Of a stretch of 64,000 nt of DNA, positions 48,660-59,005 are shown one piece after another. The DNA lies in NCBI GenBank assembly GCA_038874595.1, contig JAVZCB010000001.1, positions 32,001-96,000 on the forward strand, read 5' to 3'. The position numbers and the translations under genes were made by a program. Within the stretch, counting starts at the first letter, position 1, and each line of letters begins with the position of its first letter. The stretch is from Candidatus Micrarchaeia archaeon. Its GTDB lineage: Archaea > Micrarchaeota > Micrarchaeia > CAILAH01. The notes under the pieces were generated by a model. The model did no database searches. It was given only the letters and a program-made list of their open reading frames with translations, and was not told the origin of the DNA.

Positions 48660-50813
48660 TTATCTGTATATCACATTCTCCATCTCTTTGAACTTCTGTA
48701 TCCTGCCCAGGTCGGTCTTTGTGGTTGATGGCTTGACATTCTGCAGTGCTTTCTGGAAATCCTCCATCTTAATCTTATCATCAACCCTGCCTTCCCTAAT
48801 GAGAATCATCCCAGCTTCCCTACATACACCTTCAATGTCCGCACCCGAGTACCCATCAGTCATCGCAGCGAGCTCTTTAAGATTGACGTTCTTGGCAAGC
48901 GGCATGTTGCGTGTGTGCACCTTAAATATAGCTTCCCTGGTATTTTCATCTGGCATGTCTATATTCACAACATAATCAAACCTGCCTGCACGGACAAGTG
49001 CCGGGTCTAGGATATCTGGCCTGTTAGTGGCCGCTAAAACCACCAGGCCTTTGGTATTGGTTATACCGTCCATCTCAGTAAGCAGCGTGTTTACTATCCT
49101 TTCAGTGACTTTTGTCCCTTCATCCTGGCCTCCTCGTACTGGGGCAATCGCATCTATCTCATCAATGAACACTATGCACGGCGATGCGAGCTTTGCCTTC
49201 CTGAATATCTCACGCACAATCTTCTCACTCTCACCAACCCATTTGCTAAGCACTTCCGGGCCCTTGATTGAGATAAAGTTTGCCTTGCTCTCTGTAGCAA
49301 CAGCTTTTGCGAGCAGTGTCTTACCGGTCCCGGGTGGGCCTACTAGCAGTATGCCTTTTGTTGGGCGTATGCCAATCTTCTCGAAGTATTCAGGGTGGTT
49401 GAGAGGCAGCTCAACACCTTCTTTGAGTATTTTCTTGGCGTTCTCAAGCCCACCAATATCCTCCCATCGCACATTTGGCACTTCGGTGAACACTTCCCTC
49501 AGTGCAGACGGCTGGATCTCCTTCATCGCCTCCAGAAAGTCATCTTGTGTGACCTCTATCTTATCAAGCACATCTGAAGGTATCGTACCCTCTAAATCAA
49601 GCTCTGGCAGTATCCTCCTGAGCGCGCGCATCGCAGCCTCCTTGCTCAGTGATGCGATATCGGCACCCGTATACCCGTATGTGATATCTGCAAGTTTTTT
49701 CAGGTCCACGTTTTTTGCGAGTGGCATATGCCTGGCGTGAATCTCAAGTATCTCTTCACGCGCGTTCCTGTCAGGGACACCAATCTCAATCTCCCTGTCA
49801 AACCTGCCAGGCCGTCTCAACGCCTGGTCTATTGAGTTAGGCCTATTGGTTGCACCTATCACAATAACCTGGCCCCTGCTTGCGAGCCCGTCCATTAATG
49901 TCAGCAGCTGGCTTACCATTCTCCTCTCAACCTCGCCAGTTGCCTCCTCCCGCTTGGGCGCGATTGCATCCAGCTCATCCATAAATATAATGCTCGGCGC
50001 ATTCTCTTCTGCTTCCTTGAACAGTTTTCTCAATCTTTCTTCACTCTCACCCACATATTTACTGACCAGCTCAGGACCGCCAACGTAGTAGAAGTTGGCC
50101 TCGCTCTCTGACGCGACCGCTTTTGCGAGCAGTGTCTTACCGGTCCCTGGCGGGCCGTACATAAGCACACCTTTCGGCGGGTCAATCCCAAGCCGCTGGA
50201 ACAGCTCAGGATGCCTGAGCGGAAGCTCAACCATCTCCCTGATTTTCTGGATTTCTTCTTTCAGCCCGCCAATATCTTCATAAGATATTGTGGGTATCCT
50301 GCCCATATCCTTTGTTGGCTCATTCTTAAGCGACAGGTCTGTATCATTCCCAATCAACACAATCCCTGTCGGGAAAGTCTGAGTAACCACAAGCGGGTAT
50401 GGTGTGCCGAACACTGCAATGTATATCACATCACCGCGTGTAAGCGCCCTGCCGACCAGCCGCCTTTGCAGTATCTTGTCAAACCCGGTTGGGAATTGCA
50501 TCGGCTGTTTAGGGGTCAGCGTAATCTTCTTCGCCTCTTTCACATCCGCTTTTTTCACAACTATCTTATCGCCTATGGCAACACCAGCGTTCTGCCTGAG
50601 GTACCCATCCATCCTTATTACACCGTACCCCTCATCACGTGGGTGCGCCTGCCATACAATTGCTGCAGTGCTGCGTTTTCCCTTTAGTTCAACAACATCA
50701 CCGGTTGTAACATCCAGCTCCTTCCTTGCAGCACTATCAATCCTCACAATGCCCCTGCCCACATCGTGTTGTAAAGCTTCTGCAACCTTGAGTTCCAGTT
50801 CTTTCACAGTCAC
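48660..50813 (-). CDS. cdc48: CDC48/VCP AAA+ ATPase
   Basis: N domain plus two AAA modules ([15 protein letters not shown] twice); GTG start. Confidence 0.98.
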   Translation of the reverse strand: MTVKELELKVAEALQHDVGRGIVRIDSAARKELDVTTGDVVELKGKRSTAAIVWQAHPRDEGYGVIRMDGYLRQNAGVAIGDKIVVKKADVKEAKKITLTPKQPMQFPTGFDKILQRRLVGRALTRGDVIYIAVFGTPYPLVVTQTFPTGIVLIGNDTDLSLKNEPTKDMGRIPTISYEDIGGLKEEIQKIREMVELPLRHPELFQRLGIDPPKGVLMYGPPGTGKTLLAKAVASESEANFYYVGGPELVSKYVGESEERLRKLFKEAEENAPSIIFMDELDAIAPKREEATGEVERRMVSQLLTLMDGLASRGQVIVIGATNRPNSIDQALRRPGRFDREIEIGVPDRNAREEILEIHARHMPLAKNVDLKKLADITYGYTGADIASLSKEAAMRALRRILPELDLEGTIPSDVLDKIEVTQDDFLEAMKEIQPSALREVFTEVPNVRWEDIGGLENAKKILKEGVELPLNHPEYFEKIGIRPTKGILLVGPPGTGKTLLAKAVATESKANFISIKGPEVLSKWVGESEKIVREIFRKAKLASPCIVFIDEIDAIAPVRGGQDEGTKVTERIVNTLLTEMDGITNTKGLVVLAATNRPDILDPALVRAGRFDYVVNIDMPDENTREAIFKVHTRNMPLAKNVNLKELAAMTDGYSGADIEGVCREAGMILIREGRVDDKIKMEDFQKALQNVKPSTTKTDLGRIQKFKEMENVIYR

Positions 50814-50958
50814 AAAATACACCTTCCACAATAAGCGCTTTTGCCGCGTTAGGATATAAAGCAAATAATAATTATAAAATATGCCTTTATGAATTTCCGT
50901 TAGTGCCAAATCGCAAGGTTTTTTAATGTAAGTATTGCCCTAATAGGTAGGTGTTTGC

Positions 50959-51852
50959 ATGCCAAAAGGAAAATGTGATGATATAGCTGTTTATGAAGAG
51001 CTTCGTGCCTCAATGGCACCGGAAGACCTCGTGCTTTATGATACGGTTGCATTGGGCGTGTTTACAGAGGCATACCGCGCACTCAAGAAAGCACTTCACG
51101 AAGAAAGCATGAATGTTACAGCAGAGAATGCGGAAGAGTTTGCTGAGAAAGCACTGTATATACAGGAAGCACTCAAAGAGTATGAGCGCCTGCTGTTTTC
51201 GCTTGATTCAAGCATCAAGCCGAATGTATCAAAGTTTGTTGAGCTTGAAAACGACGATGTGCTGGATAATGCGTTCTCAAATTTCCTGAAGATGCATCTC
51301 ACGTTTACGCATAAGGAGCTGATGGATTACTTTGAGGAGAGGTATTCAGAGAAGACGCTGCTTAAGTACGTTGGCAATGTCCCAATATACAAGAAGAGGA
51401 TGCTCTTTGAGAAGAAGGATATTGAATCCAGGCTTGAAGGGCTCATAAGCGACGGCATAATCCTTGAGAGCCATGGCAGGGATGCAAAAGCAAAGAAAGG
51501 CACAAAGGACAAATTTATCTCAATGCCCGCTGTGTATGCAATATTCACTGGCCCGTGGAACCCTCTCATTGTTTATCCAGAGGTAGAGTATGTCGCAACC
51601 GAATCCGCACGTGTGCTCCGCGAGCTCATGATAATGGAAGAGGCCGAGACGAGCCAGGCAGGGAAGATGCTCAAGCTGCTGTTCAAGAACGGTTCGGCTG
51701 AAGGGTTTATACAGAACCTTGCAGGGCTTCTCGTAATGTATTACGAGCAGATGAATGAGCCAAAGCCAGAGTTCATATTTGAGACCGCGGACGGCCCGAC
51801 GATTGCAATCTCTTTCCAAGAGGGCGCGTTTTACGAAGCTGTGACAGTATAA
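50959..51852 (+). CDS. hypothetical protein (possible central winged helix)
   Basis: 297 aa ORF with SD; helical, acidic. Confidence 0.75.
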   Translation: MPKGKCDDIAVYEELRASMAPEDLVLYDTVALGVFTEAYRALKKALHEESMNVTAENAEEFAEKALYIQEALKEYERLLFSLDSSIKPNVSKFVELENDDVLDNAFSNFLKMHLTFTHKELMDYFEERYSEKTLLKYVGNVPIYKKRMLFEKKDIESRLEGLISDGIILESHGRDAKAKKGTKDKFISMPAVYAIFTGPWNPLIVYPEVEYVATESARVLRELMIMEEAETSQAGKMLKLLFKNGSAEGFIQNLAGLLVMYYEQMNEPKPEFIFETADGPTIAISFQEGAFYEAVTV

Positions 51853-51900
51853 GTGTTTCATTATTTTTTGCTTAAATTTTTTGCTGCCTAATTATACATC

Positions 51901-52164
51901 ATGCCAAAGCCAGTTGATTATGAATCTGCAATAAATAGGTGCCTTGACGAGTTTAATGCCAATGCAGATGGTGTGGCAGTAAGACTCATCTCAGTTAATA
52001 ATAGTGATTTTGATGTTGAAGTTATAAGCCAGGATTTAGATGCAGTTGTTTTCAGCTCTGCGGATGACCTCGCAGCCAAATTCAGGAAGATAGGCCTGCG
52101 CGGTGATATGACCTGGTTTACAAAAACCGACCTTGATAAGATGCTTATCAGGTTTAAGCTGTGA
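51901..52164 (+). CDS. hypothetical protein
   Basis: 87 aa ORF filling the gap; TATA-like box upstream. Confidence 0.65.
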   Translation: MPKPVDYESAINRCLDEFNANADGVAVRLISVNNSDFDVEVISQDLDAVVFSSADDLAAKFRKIGLRGDMTWFTKTDLDKMLIRFKL

Positions 52165-52191
52165 TTGCTCTACACTAAACAACCTAACATA

Positions 52192-53223
52192 TCAGATAAG
52201 CTCTGCCCTTTTCTTTCCTATAACATACATATTTTCATATCGTATTCCTTTCTTGCCGTACTGCCCTGGCTCAATAGTAATCACAGCATTCTCTTTTAAT
52301 GTGTCTTTTGATTTTGCGTGGAAGTATGGGAACTCGTGCACTTCAAGCCCAATCCCGTGGCCGATACCGTGCGGAAATTCGTTAAGACCGTTCCTCTTAA
52401 TTATTACGTTCACTTCATCCACAAAATCGCATATTTTTTTGCCAGCGTATGCAATATCAGCAACTTCGAGGGAGGTGTGCTTTAATTTCTCATATACCCC
52501 CCTCATATCACCCAACTCGCCAATGCATCGTGTAACATCTGAGTTGTAATTTTTGTACTGCACTCCCATATCCACCAATACGTAATCCTCAATCCTCTCA
52601 TCCCCGGCAGCAGTGTAATGCGGGTACCGTGCATTTTTCGAATTTGCAACTATTGTATCAAACGCTTCCCTACATCCCTGTTTTGCAATCTCTACAAGAA
52701 TATCTCTCTTTAGCTCACTTTCACTTTTTTCCGTTATGTTCTTCATCGCTCTCATCCTGTTTATTATCCCAATTGCTTTTTTGTTTGCAATTCTCATTAG
52801 CTCAATCTCGTTTTTCTCCTTAACTTCCCGTACGTAAAGAAGCTCTTTTGAAACCGGCTTCATCTCTCTTGAGTGGATTTTTCTGTAAACCGCGTAGGGT
52901 ATTGCGCTCACATCAAGAGCACATTTTGCCTTGCCACAAGCCTTATGTAATGCCTCTTTTGCAGTATTGTTTTTATCGCAAATAACAACATCCGCAACAT
53001 TCCCGTAGCAATCCTTTACAAGTGACTCGTTTAACCTGTTTGAGATTAGTGTAATTCTGCCATCCTTGTGAAGCACCAGTATCGAATGGTCCAAATCCAT
53101 CCCGGCAAAATAATAGAAGTTCGGTGAGTATGCACCCCACCGCGGTATCACAACAGTTGAACCCAGCGCGTCCACAGCCCGTGCTACTCTTTTTTTAATA
53201 CGCTTAAAATCAATCGATTTCAT
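52192..53223 (-). CDS. Xaa-Pro peptidase (M24B)
   Basis: PHY, VDMG..Y.SDVTR, HGIGHGIGLEVHE, TIEPG, GIRYE. Confidence 0.95.
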   Translation of the reverse strand: MKSIDFKRIKKRVARAVDALGSTVVIPRWGAYSPNFYYFAGMDLDHSILVLHKDGRITLISNRLNESLVKDCYGNVADVVICDKNNTAKEALHKACGKAKCALDVSAIPYAVYRKIHSREMKPVSKELLYVREVKEKNEIELMRIANKKAIGIINRMRAMKNITEKSESELKRDILVEIAKQGCREAFDTIVANSKNARYPHYTAAGDERIEDYVLVDMGVQYKNYNSDVTRCIGELGDMRGVYEKLKHTSLEVADIAYAGKKICDFVDEVNVIIKRNGLNEFPHGIGHGIGLEVHEFPYFHAKSKDTLKENAVITIEPGQYGKKGIRYENMYVIGKKRAELI

Positions 53224-56200
53224 TTCTCAATTACCTTTGTTTCTTCTGTTGCCATCATCGGCTTGTTGAGCTGTAAGCTTACAACTTGCGATACGCCATG
53301 CACTTTGCTGACGCCCATCACGGCGTCCGCAGCGGATAAAGTTACATCGTTGTGAGACACCACAATAAACTGCGTCTTTTGTGAAAGCTTTTTCACAAGG
53401 TCAGATACAAGCTTGCTCCTTATCTTGTCAAGTGCAGACTCAATCTCATCCAGGATGTAAAATGCGGATGGATGGTACATATGTATGGCAAACACAAGAA
53501 GTATGGCTATTACCGACTTTTCACCGCCAGACAGGCCCTCAAGCCGTTCCTGCCGCCCATCCTCGCGTATAATCTTTACATCAAGCCCGCCTTCAAACGG
53601 GTCTTTCTGGTCCTGCAATGCAAGAGATGCCTTGCCGGAAGCAAACGTCTGCGAGAATAACATCTGGAAGTTTTGGTTAACCCTCTCAAACGCTTCCATA
53701 AACACAGTTATCTTGCGCTTGTCAACCTCATTAATCATCTGTATTACTGCATCCCTCTCCTTCTCTAACAAAGTTAGCTTTTCATTCATCTCATCGGCTT
53801 CTTTCTTGCGCTCATCATACATTGCAGGCGCGTTGAGGTTCACATTTACAATAGCAGCAAGCGCCGCCTCCTTCTCTTTAAGCTCACCCTTCATCCTGTT
53901 CAGGTTGCCTTCTATGAGCTCAAACTCCTCATTGGTGGCCTCCGCTTTCAGGTCTACGAGCCGCTGCTCAAGCACGGCTTTTCGCATCTCCGTCTTTGCA
54001 ATCTCCTGCAGCATTTTCTCCTTTTCACTGAAAATGCCACCCTTCTCCTCTGCAAGCAAATCTGCCTCCTTTTGGATAGCATCGCGCTTCTGTACCAGCT
54101 CCTTTATATCCTCGCTTGCCTTCTCCATCTGCCGTTTTTTCTTTTCCATTTCCTTTTCAATATTGGCAATCTTTTCCTCAAGTGCTGTTATATCGGAATC
54201 GTTGCCCGTTATTAGCTCTTCAACTTCACCGGCCTGTGCGTTTATATCTTCAATGTTCTTCTTCAGCATTGCAACTTCGGTGGAGCTGCCTTTGAACTCT
54301 GCTTCGAGCATTGCAATCTCATCCTGCAGGACGCTTATCTTCTCTTCGTTACCCTCCTCTTTTTTGTAAAGCACCGAATCAATCTCGCTTTTCCTCTGGC
54401 GCATCGCAGCCAGCCGCTCCTTTGCGCGCGCGACCTGCCCCATCATTTTTTCAATCTCAGCAGCGTTCTCCCTCTTTGCACGCTCAAGCTGGGCAATCTC
54501 TTCCTTTAACAGCTTAATCTTTGCCCTGCATTCCTCTGCCTCACTGGCATTCTTAGTAAGTGCCTGCGCATCCACCTGTAATGATTTGATAAGGACCTCA
54601 ATCTCAGCCCTCTCCCTCCTAATACGTGATGACTCATCCCTTAGTTGGAATAATGAGCTCACAAGCCCTTCCTTCTCCTCCTGCAGCTTTGCAATCCTCT
54701 CTTCAAGCTCGGCCGCTTTCTTTCTCTCTGCAAGCTTCATCCCTGAAACGAAATAACCACCTGTGACTGCGCTTGATTTCTCAATCACGTCACCAGCAAG
54801 TGTCACGAGCCTGGCCTTTCCAATCAGCCCGACATCCTTAGCGCTCTCTATATCACTAACTAGCACTGTATCCCCAAATACGTATGTCATTGGCCCTGCA
54901 AACTTTGGGTCATACTCAATGAAATCAATGAGCCTCCCAAGAACACCAGGATAATTAAGCTGGGACTTTTGCAATTCAACATTCATCTTAAGCGGGAGGA
55001 ACGTTGCCCGCCCCGTCTTGCGCGCGCGCAGGTGCTCAATGACTTCTTTGCTCGTCTCAACATCCTCAACCACGATATAATTCAGCCTGCCGCCAGCGGA
55101 TGCCTCAATCGCAACAGCGTATTTTGAGTCAAAGTTGCAGAGCTCCTGCACTGTCCCATAAATCCCTTTCACAGCACCTTTTTCCTGAAGGTCCTTGATG
55201 AAGCTGATGACATTTTCGGTATGTGACATCCCGCTTATTGCCCTGTACCGCGAGTATTCCTCCTTGAGCTTGAGCAGTGTCTTGTCAGCCTCAGCACTCT
55301 GCTCGTTTATCTTGCGCTCCTTTACAAAAAGGTCTTCAACCTCCTTTTTCTTTTTCTCAAGCTCCTTCTCGGCTTCGCGTATCCTACGCTCGATCTCTCG
55401 CAGCTCCGCAGAGACCCCCTTCTCAGCAATCTGGGTAAGCTTTTCAATCTCTTCACTTTTCGATGCAAGCTTAATCTCAGCCTGTAAAGCAGCCCCTTCG
55501 TATCCCCTGAGCATTTCCTCTTTTGAATATATGTCATCCTCAAGCGCCTTTATCTCCTCACCGAGTTTCTGTGATTCATTAACAAGCGTTGAATCGCGCT
55601 TCTTCGCCATATCCGCCTTCCTTTTCAGCTCAGCAAGCTCGTTTTTAGCAATTAGGAGGCGCTGCTCCTTCTCGGAGAGTGCCGTGCCGAAGGATGCAAT
55701 TCGTGATTCAAGCTCGGATTTCTTCCTGTGCAGCTCTTCAAGCCTTTTGGCAAGCTCACTCTTCTTTGCGAGCAAGTTTTCCTTCTTTTCTGTGGAAACC
55801 GCAAGCTCAGTCCTGAGCGCCTCATACTCCCGGAATGCCTTGTTATCAGTGCTGCACCTGTTAATCTCCTCTGACAGTTCCTTGATTGCCTGTGATTTCT
55901 CGCGGATTTTTTCATCTATGAGAGCAATCCTACTGTCAATCTCACCTGCTTTTGCCTTCTTGATTGCATATTCCTTTGTAACTTCCTCATATTCCTCTTC
56001 AATCCTTCGAATCTCCCAGTAGATAACGCTATTCTTCAGATTTGTTACCTCTCTCTTCAGTGCAATATACTTTAATGCAACCTCCCTGTCTTTCTCAAGC
56101 TCTTTCAAATACCCTTCTTTTTCCTTTAGAACAAGCCGTGTCTCATTAATCCTCTGCTGGACAGTTTCCAGCTCTTTCATCGCCTCGTTTTTCTTTGCAT

Positions 56201-56678
56201 CAAACTCTGCAACACCTGCTATGTCATCTATTATCTTCCTCTTCTCGATTGCATTCATTTCAATTAGTTTCTGGACCTCCCCCTGGCCGATTACGTTATG
56301 TGCACCATTTTCTATGTTGTATTTCTTTAACAGCTCAACCACAGCACCCCTCGTTGCATTTTTTCCGTTTAGCTTGTACCCGCTCTTACCGTCCCGTGTA
56401 ATTCTTCTTGCAACTGTAATCTCACCATCTGGTGTGGTAATCTCAAGGCTTACCTCTGCGTGCTCTGCGTTATGGTTTATAAGGTCCTTGATGCTTTTAG
56501 CGCGCAGTGCAGAGAATTTCATCTCACCTATGGCAAACCTGATTGCATCGCACACGTTGCTTTTTCCGCTTCCGTTAGGGCCCATAAACGCCTGAAACCC
56601 ATTAATCAGGTTAATATCAACCTTCTTGAAGGATTTGAAATTCCTACATCTCAGCTTGCTTATAAAAGCCCCGCTCAC
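53220..56678 (-). CDS. smc: chromosome segregation protein SMC
   Basis: NFKSF, GPNGSGKSN, hinge GRATFLPL, LSGGEKS, LDE...ALD; GTG start. Confidence 0.98.
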   Translation of the reverse strand: MSGAFISKLRCRNFKSFKKVDINLINGFQAFMGPNGSGKSNVCDAIRFAIGEMKFSALRAKSIKDLINHNAEHAEVSLEITTPDGEITVARRITRDGKSGYKLNGKNATRGAVVELLKKYNIENGAHNVIGQGEVQKLIEMNAIEKRKIIDDIAGVAEFDAKKNEAMKELETVQQRINETRLVLKEKEGYLKELEKDREVALKYIALKREVTNLKNSVIYWEIRRIEEEYEEVTKEYAIKKAKAGEIDSRIALIDEKIREKSQAIKELSEEINRCSTDNKAFREYEALRTELAVSTEKKENLLAKKSELAKRLEELHRKKSELESRIASFGTALSEKEQRLLIAKNELAELKRKADMAKKRDSTLVNESQKLGEEIKALEDDIYSKEEMLRGYEGAALQAEIKLASKSEEIEKLTQIAEKGVSAELREIERRIREAEKELEKKKKEVEDLFVKERKINEQSAEADKTLLKLKEEYSRYRAISGMSHTENVISFIKDLQEKGAVKGIYGTVQELCNFDSKYAVAIEASAGGRLNYIVVEDVETSKEVIEHLRARKTGRATFLPLKMNVELQKSQLNYPGVLGRLIDFIEYDPKFAGPMTYVFGDTVLVSDIESAKDVGLIGKARLVTLAGDVIEKSSAVTGGYFVSGMKLAERKKAAELEERIAKLQEEKEGLVSSLFQLRDESSRIRRERAEIEVLIKSLQVDAQALTKNASEAEECRAKIKLLKEEIAQLERAKRENAAEIEKMMGQVARAKERLAAMRQRKSEIDSVLYKKEEGNEEKISVLQDEIAMLEAEFKGSSTEVAMLKKNIEDINAQAGEVEELITGNDSDITALEEKIANIEKEMEKKKRQMEKASEDIKELVQKRDAIQKEADLLAEEKGGIFSEKEKMLQEIAKTEMRKAVLEQRLVDLKAEATNEEFELIEGNLNRMKGELKEKEAALAAIVNVNLNAPAMYDERKKEADEMNEKLTLLEKERDAVIQMINEVDKRKITVFMEAFERVNQNFQMLFSQTFASGKASLALQDQKDPFEGGLDVKIIREDGRQERLEGLSGGEKSVIAILLVFAIHMYHPSAFYILDEIESALDKIRSKLVSDLVKKLSQKTQFIVVSHNDVTLSAADAVMGVSKVHGVSQVVSLQLNKPMMATEETKVIEK

Positions 56679-56731
56679 GTTAGAGTTTAAGGTAATAATA
56701 GTTATAAATATCGCATCTAAATGCAAATGCC

Positions 56732-57019
56732 TTATACCTCAAATACCTCATCAGCTTCAACTCTGAGCCATTGCCCCCCTATATTTATGTAGAGCGCATC
56801 TGTTGGTGAATCGTACACCACCATATCCGGCCTAGCATCCTCCAATGGGAGGTCAATGGCAATCCTGATACGCGCGGCCATCCATGAGAACCTGTCCCTG
56901 AACGGGTTAAGCTCAATGATGGGTGAAGTCTTTTTCTCGCTTTTTTCCTTTTTGCACCACTCTATAACCTCTCGTATCTCTGCACGCGGTGCCATACCAT
57001 CACCTATAACAAATGCCAT
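56732..57019 (-). CDS. hypothetical protein
   Basis: 95 aa ORF overlapping the upstream gene. Confidence 0.7.
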   Translation of the reverse strand: MAFVIGDGMAPRAEIREVIEWCKKEKSEKKTSPIIELNPFRDRFSWMAARIRIAIDLPLEDARPDMVVYDSPTDALYINIGGQWLRVEADEVFEV

Positions 57020-57741
57020 TTCAGCATCCCATAAACAGCACGCTGCATTTCAATAGGGCTGTTAAACCCAAGTTCTTTGCACGATTGGAGCATAAGAGGA
57101 TGTGGTGCAAAATGCGAAACGGTTATTGAATAATTTTCGAACCTGGATAGCACCTGCGTGCTGCCCGCAGTACGCATTTTCCCACCATAGATGGCACTTG
57201 CACCAACTGACACTGTAGGTACGATTGCATTATCATTATGATGGTGCTGGAATGAGAATTCTATATCGTGCCCTTCAATCTTCCTGTCTTTTATGTTCAT
57301 CCCATCAACGTGCCCTTTAAATGATATCGTAAATATAGAATTCGCCTCAGAAACCTTGAGTTCTCCTTTACCGAGTTTTATGAGAAAGTAGTGGTCAAGC
57401 TTTTCTGGTTCTGATGGCTTCTTGGTTGCGGCTTTGCAAAGCAGTATAACTGTGCTGTTTTTCAGCCCGAGTGCGCGCGTTGACCCTGCAGACCAGTCAA
57501 GCCGCATCTCCTGCGAATCAATCCGTATCCCTTGGTAGTACCTTGTAGGCTTTGGCAGTGCAACACGCGGCTCCAGGTAGATGAGCGGCTCAATGAATGG
57601 GAAATCAACCTGTGAAAAAAGAAGGCGCGGCTCTGTCTCACCGTTACTAATGTTCATAAGGCGTTGGACATCCTCAAGCATATATTTGCCTATTGCGCTT
57701 GAATATCCAGGACTGCTAATCTTATTGCAGACATCGCACAT
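57004..57741 (-). CDS. hypothetical protein with N-terminal CxxC
   Basis: 245 aa ORF; MCDVC start; TATA-like box upstream. Confidence 0.75.
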   Translation of the reverse strand: MCDVCNKISSPGYSSAIGKYMLEDVQRLMNISNGETEPRLLFSQVDFPFIEPLIYLEPRVALPKPTRYYQGIRIDSQEMRLDWSAGSTRALGLKNSTVILLCKAATKKPSEPEKLDHYFLIKLGKGELKVSEANSIFTISFKGHVDGMNIKDRKIEGHDIEFSFQHHHNDNAIVPTVSVGASAIYGGKMRTAGSTQVLSRFENYSITVSHFAPHPLMLQSCKELGFNSPIEMQRAVYGMLKWHLL

Positions 57742-57777
57742 AACAGGACCAATGCATAAATAAGGGGTTTAAAGCTT

Positions 57778-57875
57778 AAAAAGTAGGGAGCGGCACGCCC
57801 GCGTGTGTGTGGGGGTGTTGTGTGGGCATGCCGTGTAGCCTCCGAGTTTCACGCCACCGTGGAGGTGTTGTGAAT
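57778..57875 (-). ncRNA. candidate sRNA or structured 3' UTR with two CACAACACCYCCAC motifs
   Basis: 10-bp stem CGGCAUGCCC/GGGCGUGCCG; 14-nt direct repeat; U-tract at the 3' end. Confidence 0.45.
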
Positions 57876-57894
57876 ATGATATGTGCACTCCTTC

Positions 57895-58344
57895 TTATTT
57901 CACGAAGTAGTACACCTTCCTGCCCGCCTGTCTTTTATCCAGGTATCCGAGCGAGAACAGCCTGTGCAGGCGTGAGCTTGCACCGTTTGTCCCTTTGTAA
58001 TTGAAGTGCTTTTGCACTTCTTCAGCAGTAACCATTCTCATTTTCTTTACATATGCAAGCAATTCTGAATCAACTTCCCCTAGCAGGCATTTCTCCTTTT
58101 TCCTGCTTTTTTCAAGCTCTTTCTCAAGGCTCTCAACCTGCATCTCAAGCTTCTCTATCTTGCTTATTGCGGTTGCGATGAGGCTGTTAGTCCTCTCGCG
58201 CTCCTCCTTTAGTGAATATACGAGCTGTGCAAGAAACACCGGGTCGGAGATCTTGCTTGAAGCCATCATTTCCTCAGGGCTTGCGTTCGCTACCGCGGCT
58301 TCAAACTTATAATCTTTTGTTGCTAATTCTTTCTGTTCAGTCAT
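57895..58344 (-). CDS. coiled-coil plus winged-helix DNA-binding protein
   Basis: Heptad region, then VTAEEVQKHF...ASSRLHRL...GYLDKRQAGRKVYY. Confidence 0.85.
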   Translation of the reverse strand: MTEQKELATKDYKFEAAVANASPEEMMASSKISDPVFLAQLVYSLKEERERTNSLIATAISKIEKLEMQVESLEKELEKSRKKEKCLLGEVDSELLAYVKKMRMVTAEEVQKHFNYKGTNGASSRLHRLFSLGYLDKRQAGRKVYYFVK

Positions 58345-58366
58345 TGCCCCCGACCCACTCAGGACA

Positions 58367-58408
58367 CCATCATGAATCTGTCATGATGATGTCATGATGG
58401 TATCATTA
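58367..58408. promoter_or_regulatory. array of four TCATGA boxes at 11-bp period (candidate operator)
   Basis: TCATGA at 58370, 58381 and 58392, TCATTA at 58403; TATA box at 58421-58428. Confidence 0.7.
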
Positions 58409-58441
58409 CAACGCAAATGCTTATAAATCTATTGTGATATC

Positions 58442-59005
58442 ATGGCAGAACAAAATCCGCGCCTGAAGGATGACCTCCGTAAGATGTATCTCCACGTCAA
58501 GACGAGAAACATACGCGGGCTCCGCGATGTGTCAAATGTATTCACACAGGACCTTCTTATCTTCCAGGACCCTTTTTATCTTGACCTGGCCCTCTGCTCA
58601 ATGGTTCTTGCAAAGATGATTGAGAAGCCAAGGTTTTGGAGATATGAGCAGTGGAAAAATATCCTGTTTTCAATTGAAGATACTCTGAGGCAGGCAGTCT
58701 CGCTTGCAGAGCGAAATGATTCCAAAGGCATTAGCAGGCTTATCAGGCAAGTGCTTCAGAAACTAGGCAATGTGGAGAAGAAAGACAGGAGGTATGTTGA
58801 CACAACTATAATGTCTGCACGCGTGAAAATAGGCTCTACGCTTTACGGACAGGGCCTATCCCTTGGTAAGGCGTCATCATTATGCGGTGCACCCCGTGAT
58901 GATATTCTCCGTTATTCTGGAAAAACGCTCATCTCAGACAGGTTTGGTAAAACATTTTCAATAAAGGAGAGGTTGGCAAATGTCGCAGGAATATTCAGAG
59001 ATTAA
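58442..59005 (+). CDS. hypothetical protein with C-terminal UPF0175-like HTH (putative antitoxin/partner)
   Basis: LYGQGLSLGKASSLCG; overlaps the PIN gene. Confidence 0.65.
   Translation: MAEQNPRLKDDLRKMYLHVKTRNIRGLRDVSNVFTQDLLIFQDPFYLDLALCSMVLAKMIEKPRFWRYEQWKNILFSIEDTLRQAVSLAERNDSKGISRLIRQVLQKLGNVEKKDRRYVDTTIMSARVKIGSTLYGQGLSLGKASSLCGAPRDDILRYSGKTLISDRFGKTFSIKERLANVAGIFRD

Noticed and set aside
53485-56022. Long antisense ORFs opposite smc (and similar ones opposite cdc48, secY, rps5, pheS/pheT)
   Set aside because: Ser/Phe-rich shadows of well-supported genes.
57855-57875. 16S rRNA 3'-end remnant (CACCTCC)
   Set aside because: No helix 44/45 sequence adjacent.
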